This document shows positions 55,254 to 62,437 of a stretch of DNA of 64,000 nucleotides, piece after piece. Both the position numbers and the translations under genes were made by a program. The notes under the pieces are model-generated. The model was not told the origin of the DNA and ran no database searches. It saw only the letters and a program-made list of their open reading frames with translations. Origin of the DNA: Oscillospiraceae bacterium (GTDB lineage: Bacteria > Bacillota > Clostridia > Oscillospirales > Oscillospiraceae); contig JBJDYS010000001.1 of assembly GCA_051867595.1 (NCBI GenBank), forward strand, positions 18,784 through 82,783, written 5' to 3'. The first letter of the stretch is position 1, and each line of letters starts with the position of its first letter.

Positions 55254-56258
55254 ATGGGAAAACAGACCGTCTTTCTGACGAAACAGCCGTCTGTTCTGGC
55301 GGCCGCCTGCGCCGGCGGCCGAAAAGAGAGCCAAGGCCCTCTGCGTAAGTATTTCGACCATCTGAGCCAGGATTCGCGCTTCGGGTCAAAAAGCTGGGAA
55401 AAGGCGGAGAGCGCCATGCTCCGACAGTGCTTTGCCACCGCCTGCGACAAGGCAAAAATCAAACCGGAGGACATCGAATATGTCTTTTCCGGCGACCTAT
55501 TGAACCAGTGCGCCGGGTCGGCCTACGCCATGCGGGACTGCGGCGCGCCGTATTTCGGGCTCTACGGCGCCTGCTCGACGATGGCGGAAAGCCTCTCTCT
55601 TGCCGCGATGATGATCGACGGGGGATTCTGTCAAACGGCTGCCGCCGCCACAAGCTCACATTTCTGCTCCGCAGAACGGCAGTACCGCTTCCCGCTGCAA
55701 TACGGCAGTCAGCGTCCGCCCTCCGCGCAGCGAACCGTCACGGGTGCGGGCGCGATCATCCTCGGCAACGACGGCCCCGGGCCGTATATCACCTGCATCA
55801 CCACGGGCATTATCGTCGATGCGGGCATCACGGACATGAACAATATGGGCGCGGCGATGGCGCCTGCCGCTTTTGAGACCCTCTCCGCGCATTTCCGCGA
55901 CACGGGACGCACGCCCGACTACTACGACGCCATCGTCACGGGCGACCTCGGCGTGGTCGGCTCGGACATCCTGCGCGAGCTTTTCGCCATGGACAAGATC
56001 GACCTCGGGGTACAGTATATGGACTGCGGACGGCTCATCTATTATATCGAAAAACAGGATGCTCACAGCGGCGGCTCCGGCTGCGGATGCTCGGCCTCCG
56101 TCCTGTGCGGACATCTGCTCCACGGCATGGCGGCCGGGCAATGGAACAAGCTCCTCTTCGCCGCCACCGGCGCCATGATGAGCCCCACCACCAACCAGCA
56201 GGGCGAGAGCATTCCTTCCATCTGCCACGCGGTGGCCATCGAAAATCAAAGGGTGTGA
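55254..56258 (+). CDS. spoVAD: Stage V sporulation protein AD
   Basis: Thiolase-like fold. MGKQTVFLTKQPSVLAAACAGGRKESQGPL aligns with the B. subtilis SpoVAD N-terminus as remembered. An alternative ATG at 55239 lies too close to the putative -10. Confidence 0.85.
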   Translation: MGKQTVFLTKQPSVLAAACAGGRKESQGPLRKYFDHLSQDSRFGSKSWEKAESAMLRQCFATACDKAKIKPEDIEYVFSGDLLNQCAGSAYAMRDCGAPYFGLYGACSTMAESLSLAAMMIDGGFCQTAAAATSSHFCSAERQYRFPLQYGSQRPPSAQRTVTGAGAIILGNDGPGPYITCITTGIIVDAGITDMNNMGAAMAPAAFETLSAHFRDTGRTPDYYDAIVTGDLGVVGSDILRELFAMDKIDLGVQYMDCGRLIYYIEKQDAHSGGSGCGCSASVLCGHLLHGMAAGQWNKLLFAATGAMMSPTTNQQGESIPSICHAVAIENQRV

Positions 56259-56261
56259 CCT

Positions 56262-56630
56262 ATGGAAACGGTATCCATGTTTCTGCGCGCATTTCTCGTC
56301 GGCGGCGCGTTCTGCCTCATCGGACAGCTTCTCATCGACCTGACGAAGCTGACGCCTGCCCGTATTCTCACGATGTACGTCGTCGCGGGCGTTATCCTGA
56401 GCGCCGTCGGCGTGTATGAGCCGCTCGTCGAATGGGCCGGCTCCGGCGCGAGCGTGCCGCTGACGGGCTTCGGCCATCTTCTCGCGAAGGGCGTCAAGGA
56501 CGCCATCGCCGAAAAGGGCTGCCTCGGCATCTTTACCGGCGGCTTCACCTCCGCCGCAGGCGGGATATGCGCCGCGATCGTCTTCGGCCTCATCATCGCA
56601 CTGCTGTTCAAAAGCAAGGAAAAATACTGA
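56262..56630 (+). CDS. spoVAE: Stage V sporulation protein AE (SpoVAC/SpoVAEB family membrane protein)
   Basis: FLRAFLVGGAFCLIGQLLIDLTKLTPARIL...VPLTGFGHLLAKGV, typical of SpoVAEb. Confidence 0.85.
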   Translation: METVSMFLRAFLVGGAFCLIGQLLIDLTKLTPARILTMYVVAGVILSAVGVYEPLVEWAGSGASVPLTGFGHLLAKGVKDAIAEKGCLGIFTGGFTSAAGGICAAIVFGLIIALLFKSKEKY

Positions 56631-56644
56631 ATCCGACGCAAAAA

Positions 56645-56676
56645 ATATCCGGCCCCTATTCGGGCCGGATATTTTC
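56645..56676. terminator. Bidirectional intrinsic terminator
   Basis: atatccggccc-ctattc-gggccggatat flanked by an A-run and a T-run. Confidence 0.7.
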
Positions 56677-56685
56677 GGTTTTGTC

Positions 56686-57324
56686 TTACCTCACAATGAC
56701 CTGACATTCCGCCTGCACGCTGCCAACGCTGGCATAGACATAGCAGTACTGGCCGCTTTCACCGACGACGGTGACAAGGCCGGTATCATCCACCGTGGCG
56801 ATGGAATCATCGGAGCTCGACCATGTGATGACCGTGCTCTCCATGAGCGGATACGCCGTCGCCTCAAGCTGCACCGTCGAGCCTTTCCCCTCCGTAAAGC
56901 CGTCGGACATATCGCGGCCCGAGCAGGTGATGGAGATCGACGTAATGGCCGGCGTGGGCGTCGGAGACGGGGTCGGCGTGGGCGTCGGCGGGGGAACGGG
57001 CGTCGTCTCGACCGTCACATCCACGATATTTTCTTCCGCGGTCGAGGGCTTGACATCCCCTACGCGCTTGTTGACATTCACCGAGACGATCGTGATAACC
57101 GCCGCAATCACGCAGACCAGCAGGATCCCGCCGATCAGCATCTGCCAGTTCATGTCCTCGGCCGCCTTGCGCGCCGCCTCCGTACCGCGCACGGCGCTGT
57201 CGCTCTCAGGCATGGTGCGGCGGACTTCCTTGGGCTTTTTCGTGCCGCAATAGGGACAGCGGCCCCGTACAGACGGATACTCGCGGTGGCATCGGCCACA
57301 GACCGTGTTGGGCAAAAACTTCAT
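56686..57324 (-). CDS. Zinc-ribbon / TM / Pro-Thr linker / Big_2 (Ig-like) domain protein
   Basis: CGRCH...CPYCG ribbon, TM helix LIGGILLVCVIAAVITIV, TPVPPPTPTPTPSPTPTP linker, and a C-terminal Big_2-like domain (VITWSSSDDSIATVDDTGLVTVV). AAAGGTG SD. Confidence 0.75.
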   Translation of the reverse strand: MKFLPNTVCGRCHREYPSVRGRCPYCGTKKPKEVRRTMPESDSAVRGTEAARKAAEDMNWQMLIGGILLVCVIAAVITIVSVNVNKRVGDVKPSTAEENIVDVTVETTPVPPPTPTPTPSPTPTPAITSISITCSGRDMSDGFTEGKGSTVQLEATAYPLMESTVITWSSSDDSIATVDDTGLVTVVGESGQYCYVYASVGSVQAECQVIVR

Positions 57325-57349
57325 CGTGTTCACCTTTCTATCAAGCAGA

Positions 57350-57369
57350 ATTGTAACATCGGTTACAAT
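57350..57369. repeat. Perfect 20-bp palindrome (8-4-8) between promoter and SD of the Big_2 gene
   Basis: ATTGTAAC-ATCG-GTTACAAT. Confidence 0.9.
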
Positions 57370-57387
57370 CATTACATTCCTGCTACA

Positions 57388-57416
57388 ATAATACAACCGT
57401 GCAAGCCCGCTGTCAA
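57388..57416 (-). promoter_or_regulatory. Sigma-A-type promoter for the Big_2 gene
   Basis: Minus strand: TTGACA-17 nt-TATTAT. Confidence 0.5.
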
Positions 57417-57436
57417 CATACCAAATGTTAATTTTT

Positions 57437-58792
57437 TCAGATCGTCAGCGTACCGGAATCGTCCTCCAGAAGAATGAGGATCTTTTCCTGCGCCCCGGTC
57501 AGAGCGTTCACATAGATCACATACCGCCGGTCCTCCTGCGAACGGCAGACGAACTCATAGCACAGCCGCTCCTCCCCGCCCGGGGAGGGGATCAGCGCCA
57601 GATTCTGCGCCCGGATGGTCAGCGCCGGGGAGATTTCCTCCCGCGCCTGCTGCACCGTAATCTCCGGCTCCGGAAGCTCGCGGTCAAAATGGCAGCTCAG
57701 ATACCCCGTCGCGTCGTAATCCATCACAGCGCCGGTATCGAGCGCCACGGAGACCTTGACGAGGTCGGGATAGCAGATGATGCCGTCCTCGGCGTACTCA
57801 AAATTCACGGTCAGCACACCGTTTTCGATGATGTGATAGCTCTTTTTCAGCCCGGGAAGCCCCTGCTGATTGACAAAGATTTCGGCGGTTTTCAGCGCCT
57901 CCTCCGTCTGCACGCGCACAGACCCGGGAAGCCGCGAGCAGATCGCACTCATGACAAAGCCGCCCTGCTTCGTCACATAGACCGTGTATTCACCGCTGTC
58001 CGTCCGCCCGGCATAGCACCGGCACGGAATATCGCCGTCCATCTCACCGAGCTCCGTGAGCGCGCTTTCCTCGAGGCCGAGAAATTCCGCCGCCGTCCGT
58101 CGGGCCGTGTCCGCGCTGACATCCTCCTGCCCCTCCAGATATTTCGGGCTGCTGCTCGTCATGCTCTCGGAAAACGGCCCGTCATAAATCAGCGTCGGAA
58201 GCTCGGGAAATTCCTCCTCGATGCTCTGAAACGCCGTTCCGGCCAAGGGGGCCTGTTCCCCGTCCGCGCCAAGCTGCTTCGCCGCGCCGTACACCTCGTC
58301 CATCGTGAGCTTTCCGCTCAGCATCCGCGCCTGCATATCCTGCAGGTTCAGGCTCATAACCCCCGCCGCATCGGCCAGGCTCTGCAGATTTTCAAGCTCC
58401 TCATCGGAGTATCCGCCGTTATCTCCCACCGTGCGCGAGAGCGTGCAGGCATAGTCGCCCACCTTGGCGAGAAAGCTCGACACGTTCTCAAGCTCCACGC
58501 TCGAGAACGGCAGCTCGCCCATCATGGTCTGCGCCGTCACCGCGCGGCCGAACATCTGTGTGCAAAGGGCGCTTTCGAGCGTCGGATCGGTTACATAGAC
58601 GCTCTTTTCAAGGGTATTGGACAGCTCGGAAACACTGTTCACGAGCTCGTCGAACGCCCGCTGCGTGCTGCTCCGGGCGTACAGTTCGAGATTCCGCGCC
58701 CGGTTATAACCGTTCAGCGCCAGCACGCCCGTCACGACCAACGCCGCAGACAGGAACGTGATGATGCGGACCGTCGTCCGTTTTTTGAACAT
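57437..58792 (-). CDS. ypeB: Germination protein YpeB
   Basis: N-terminal TM helix, a YpeB-like region (ARNLELYARSSTQRAFDELVNSVSELSNTLEKS) and C-terminal PepSY-like repeats. The ATG at 58792 follows GAAGAGGTG. Confidence 0.85.
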   Translation of the reverse strand: MFKKRTTVRIITFLSAALVVTGVLALNGYNRARNLELYARSSTQRAFDELVNSVSELSNTLEKSVYVTDPTLESALCTQMFGRAVTAQTMMGELPFSSVELENVSSFLAKVGDYACTLSRTVGDNGGYSDEELENLQSLADAAGVMSLNLQDMQARMLSGKLTMDEVYGAAKQLGADGEQAPLAGTAFQSIEEEFPELPTLIYDGPFSESMTSSSPKYLEGQEDVSADTARRTAAEFLGLEESALTELGEMDGDIPCRCYAGRTDSGEYTVYVTKQGGFVMSAICSRLPGSVRVQTEEALKTAEIFVNQQGLPGLKKSYHIIENGVLTVNFEYAEDGIICYPDLVKVSVALDTGAVMDYDATGYLSCHFDRELPEPEITVQQAREEISPALTIRAQNLALIPSPGGEERLCYEFVCRSQEDRRYVIYVNALTGAQEKILILLEDDSGTLTI

Positions 58793-58850
58793 AAAAAACA
58801 CCTCTTCCCGGTTAGCTTGTCCGGAAAGAGGCATTTATGCTCGTATGAAA

Positions 58851-60323
58851 TTATGACAGGCGTTCCAATCCGTTCCGCAGACGGCGCAGCGTTTCCTCTT
58901 TGCCCAGAATCCGGCAGATCTCCACCGCGCCCCCGGGTGTGACCGCCGTGCCGGTCACGGCAATGCGAACAGGCCACATGAGCTTTGCGTTTTTGACCTC
59001 GAGACTCTCCGCCAGACCGACCAGCGCGTCGTGGATATGCTCGTCGTCCCAGTCCTCAACCGCTTCGAGCACCGGAATCGCCGCGGTCAGCATCTCCTTC
59101 GACACGGCCTCGTCGGTCTTGGATTTTTTGTGGACATAGAGCGCATTGTCGTAATCGGGCAGCGCGTCGAAGAAGCCGAGCTTTGCGGGAATATCCGTCA
59201 GCACCTCGGTGCGCTGCTGCAGGAGCGCAGCAATCGCCGCCGGGTCGATGGCGGGATTTTTGACCGCCTGCCGGATGTACGGCTCCGCGATTTCGGCGAA
59301 CTTCTCCGGCGCCATGGCGCGGATATACTCGCTGTTGAAGTAGGTGAGCTTTTCGATATCGAAGATCGCCTGGCTCTTGGAGATGCCGGCGAGGTCGAAT
59401 GCCTCGGCCAGCTCCTGAATGTTGAAAATTTCGCGCTCGCCCTTGGGCGCCCAGCCGAGCAGCGCGACATAGTTCACGACCGCCTCGCGCAGATAGCCGC
59501 GCTCAAGCAGATCCTCATAGGACGGATCCCCATGGCGCTTGGACATCTTGTTGTGCGCGTCGCGCATGACCGGCGAGCAGTGGACGTACTTGGGCACCTC
59601 CCAGCCGAAGCCCTCGTACAGGAGGTTATACTTCGGGGAACTGGCAAGGTACTCGGAGCCTCGGACGACATGGGTGATGCCCATCAGGTGGTCGTCGATG
59701 ACGTTCGCGAAGTTGTAGGTCGGCAGCCCGTCGCGCTTGATGAGCACCTGATCGTCCAGATCCTTGTTCGGCGCGGTGACATCCCCGAAAATCTCATCGT
59801 GGAAGGTCGTGAAACCCTCTGCGGGAATCTTCTGGCGGATGACAAAGGGCATACCCGCGTCGAGCTTTGCCTGCACCTCGTCGGCGCTCAGGCTGCGGCA
59901 GGGATCCTCCGTGCGCTCGAAATGGCCGCTGTCCTCCTCGGACTCGGCCTTCTCGCAGAAGCAGTAATACGCATGGCCCCGGCGCACAAGACGCTCGGCG
60001 TAGGGCAGATACAGACTGCGGCGCTCGGTCTGCACATAAGGGCCGACCGGGCCGCCCTTGTCCGGGCCTTCGTCCCAGTCAAGACCGCAGTCGCGCAGCG
60101 TGTTGTAGATGACCTCGGTTGCGCCCTCCACCAGACGGTTCTGGTCGGTATCCTCGATGCGGAGCAGGAATTTGCCCCCGAAATGCCGCGCAATGCACCA
60201 GGTATACAGCGCCGTGCGTAGGTTTCCGACGTGCATATAGCCCGTGGGACTCGGCGCAAAACGGGTACGCACCTCGCCCTTGGGGATGCGCGCCTCGAGC
60301 TCGTCAAAAAATTTCTCGTCCAT
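58851..60323 (-). CDS. gltX: Glutamate--tRNA ligase
   Basis: RFAPSPTGYMHVGNLRTAL (HIGH) and KMSKRHG (KMSKS). Confidence 0.95.
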   Translation of the reverse strand: MDEKFFDELEARIPKGEVRTRFAPSPTGYMHVGNLRTALYTWCIARHFGGKFLLRIEDTDQNRLVEGATEVIYNTLRDCGLDWDEGPDKGGPVGPYVQTERRSLYLPYAERLVRRGHAYYCFCEKAESEEDSGHFERTEDPCRSLSADEVQAKLDAGMPFVIRQKIPAEGFTTFHDEIFGDVTAPNKDLDDQVLIKRDGLPTYNFANVIDDHLMGITHVVRGSEYLASSPKYNLLYEGFGWEVPKYVHCSPVMRDAHNKMSKRHGDPSYEDLLERGYLREAVVNYVALLGWAPKGEREIFNIQELAEAFDLAGISKSQAIFDIEKLTYFNSEYIRAMAPEKFAEIAEPYIRQAVKNPAIDPAAIAALLQQRTEVLTDIPAKLGFFDALPDYDNALYVHKKSKTDEAVSKEMLTAAIPVLEAVEDWDDEHIHDALVGLAESLEVKNAKLMWPVRIAVTGTAVTPGGAVEICRILGKEETLRRLRNGLERLS

Positions 60324-60366
60324 ATATTATTTCTCCTGTTCGGTCGTTTATCCTTTTTGCATTATA

Positions 60367-60395
60367 ATGTTATTTTATTTGTACCCGCTTGTCAA
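60367..60395 (-). promoter_or_regulatory. Possible gltX promoter whose -35 overlaps the trpS -35
   Basis: Minus strand: TTGACA-17 nt-TAACAT. Confidence 0.3.
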
Positions 60396-60418
60396 GGGCT
60401 TATGGAATGTGGTATCAT
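60389..60418 (+). promoter_or_regulatory. Sigma-A-type promoter for trpS
   Basis: TTGTCA-18 nt-TATCAT with an extended TGg. Confidence 0.45.
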
Positions 60419-60440
60419 ATTTAAATGTGAAAAAGATGAT

Positions 60441-60458
60441 ACGGCGCCGCGGCGCCGT
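60441..60458. repeat. Perfect 18-bp GC-rich palindrome in the trpS 5' UTR
   Basis: ACGGCGCCGCGGCGCCGT, 14 nt upstream of the ATG. Confidence 0.9.
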
Positions 60459-60472
60459 GGAAAGTGTGTATT

Positions 60473-61489
60473 ATGGACGAAGCGAAAAAAGTAATGCTCT
60501 CGGGCATCAAGCCCTCCGGCGATCTGACCCTCGGCTCCTATCTCGGGGCGATCAAGAACTGGGCCGAACGCGCCGAGCAGTTTGACTGCTATTATTTCAT
60601 GGCGGATCTGCACGCGCTGACCACACGCCAGAATCCCGCCGATCTGCGCCGCCGCACGCTGGAGCAGCTTGCCCAGTATGTCGCCTGCGGCCTTGACCCG
60701 GAAAAGAACACCCTCTTTATCCAGTCCCATGTCCACGCTCACGCGGAGCTCGGCTGGATCCTCAACTGCTACACCATGTTCGGCGAGCTGTCGCGTATGA
60801 CCCAGTTCAAGGACAAGAGCCAGAAAAACGCCGACAACATAAACGGCGGTCTGTTCACCTACCCCGCCCTGATGGCGGCGGATATCCTGCTGTACCAGCC
60901 GGACTATGTCCCCGTCGGCGACGACCAGAAGCAGCACGTCGAGCTTACCCGCGACGTGGCGCACCGCTTCAACAACCTCTACGGCGACGTGTTCAAGATC
61001 CCCGAGCCGTATATCCCCAAGGTCGGCGCACGCGTCATGGATCTTTTGAACCCGACGAGCAAGATGTCCAAGTCCGACGACATCGGCAACGGCCGCGTCG
61101 TCATCATGGAAAAGCCCGAGGACATCATGCGGAAGTTCAAGCGCGCCGTCACCGACAGCGAGACCGGCGCAAACTGCGTCCGCTACGACGCGGAGAATAA
61201 GCCCGGCGTCGCGAACCTCATGCAGATCTACTCCGCCTGCACCGGCCGGAGCTTTGACGCCATCGAGGCCGAATTTGCCGGACAGGGCTACGGCGCTTTC
61301 AAGCTCGCCGTCGGCGAGGCCGTCGTCGAGATGCTCCGCCCCATCCGCGAGGAAGCCGAACGGCTCATCAAGGACAAGGCCTATCTGGAAACGCTCTGCA
61401 AGCAGGGCGCGGACAAGGCAAGCTACATCGCAAACAAGACCCTCCGCAAGGTCTACAAGAAAGTCGGTCTGGTCGCGGCGGTCAGGTGA
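60473..61489 (+). CDS. trpS: Tryptophan--tRNA ligase
   Basis: SGIKPSGDLTLGSYLGA (HIGH-equivalent), GDDQKQH, KMSKS. Confidence 0.95.
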   Translation: MDEAKKVMLSGIKPSGDLTLGSYLGAIKNWAERAEQFDCYYFMADLHALTTRQNPADLRRRTLEQLAQYVACGLDPEKNTLFIQSHVHAHAELGWILNCYTMFGELSRMTQFKDKSQKNADNINGGLFTYPALMAADILLYQPDYVPVGDDQKQHVELTRDVAHRFNNLYGDVFKIPEPYIPKVGARVMDLLNPTSKMSKSDDIGNGRVVIMEKPEDIMRKFKRAVTDSETGANCVRYDAENKPGVANLMQIYSACTGRSFDAIEAEFAGQGYGAFKLAVGEAVVEMLRPIREEAERLIKDKAYLETLCKQGADKASYIANKTLRKVYKKVGLVAAVR

Positions 61490-61745
61490 GCAAAATAACG
61501 CCCAGCATAATCAGAAGATCCGTATCGCCGCTTTCGCGATACATTAAATACAACACAAGAGCCAATAAGAGGTCGTCGGTCTCCATGCCGGCGACCTCTG
61601 TTTTTTGAAAGAGATCTCCCAGGTCGAGGATCGGACGGCGTCCGTTCCGCATTCCCTGCGGCTTTGGCCGGGTATTCGTCTGGGTTCCCGGGGACTCGGC
61701 CGGCTCCTCCGGTTCCTTCGGTTTGTACGCTCCACTATACGCCAT
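61482..61745 (-). CDS. Small hypothetical protein A (87 aa; Pro/Glu-rich N-terminus, hydrophobic C-terminus)
   Basis: GGGAGGAGG lies 5 nt upstream of the ATG at 61745. MAYSGAYKPKEPEEPAESPG...DDLLLALVLYLMYRESGDTDLLIMLGVILLT. Its stop overlaps the trpS stop convergently. Confidence 0.5.
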   Translation of the reverse strand: MAYSGAYKPKEPEEPAESPGTQTNTRPKPQGMRNGRRPILDLGDLFQKTEVAGMETDDLLLALVLYLMYRESGDTDLLIMLGVILLT

Positions 61746-62133
61746 GCCGGCCTCCTCCCAGCTCACCCATGACCAGGCCCGCGATATGCACCATTCTCGC
61801 CACCTCCAGAGCCCGGTCGAGCTTTCCCTGTTTTTCCGGGCGCAGATACGGCCTCATCGCCGTCAGAAGCGCCGTGGAACGGCTGCCGGTTTTCCCGGCG
61901 GCGAACGCCTTTGTCAGCGCGGAGAGTATGCGCCCCTCGCTTGGGATACCGGACGGCGGCGGATTGGACGTCTCCGCTGCGGGTGTCTCCTCTCCCGGGG
62001 ACGCGCTGTCCCCGTTCGGCGCGCTCTCTCCCCCGCTTTGCCCCATCAGCCCCTGGGCAAGCTGCGCGATCTTCGCCATCTGCTCCGGGTCGGACAGGAC
62101 GGACTGCATCAGCGAGCCGAGATCACCGTCCAT
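61735..62133 (-). CDS. Small hypothetical protein B (132 aa)
   Basis: MDGDLGSLMQSVLSDPEQMAKIAQLAQGLMG..., a low-complexity middle, and a conserved-looking C-terminus LTAMRPYLRPEKQGKLDRALEVARM. 11-nt overlaps on both sides. Confidence 0.55.
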   Translation of the reverse strand: MDGDLGSLMQSVLSDPEQMAKIAQLAQGLMGQSGGESAPNGDSASPGEETPAAETSNPPPSGIPSEGRILSALTKAFAAGKTGSRSTALLTAMRPYLRPEKQGKLDRALEVARMVHIAGLVMGELGGGRHGV

Positions 62134-62368
62134 GACTGTCCGCCGCCTTTTTCACCTGACCGATAAACGACTGCCCCTCCGGGGTGCTCAGCACATCCTT
62201 CAGCAGCGCCGACAGGGCGTCCATATCCCCTGTGCGGGCAGCCTTTTCGAGCGCCGCGCCATCAATCCGCGAAGCGAGCTTTTCCCCGGCGCCGCTTTTT
62301 GCCAACGCCTCCAGCGCAGCGGTGTTTTTCCCGGCCAGGGCCTGCTTTGCCAGTTTCTCCATATCCAT
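62123..62368 (-). CDS. Small hypothetical protein C (81 aa, helical and Ala/Lys-rich)
   Basis: AGAGGGGG SD 7 nt upstream of the ATG. MDMEKLAKQALAGKNTAALEALAKSGAGEKLASRIDGAALEKAARTGDMDALSALLKDVLS... Confidence 0.55.
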   Translation of the reverse strand: MDMEKLAKQALAGKNTAALEALAKSGAGEKLASRIDGAALEKAARTGDMDALSALLKDVLSTPEGQSFIGQVKKAADSHGR

Positions 62369-62437
62369 AAAAATACCCCCTCTGCCGAACCATTCTATGC
62401 CGGTTCGCCGGAGGGGGTTCCTGTTTCGTTTGATGGA

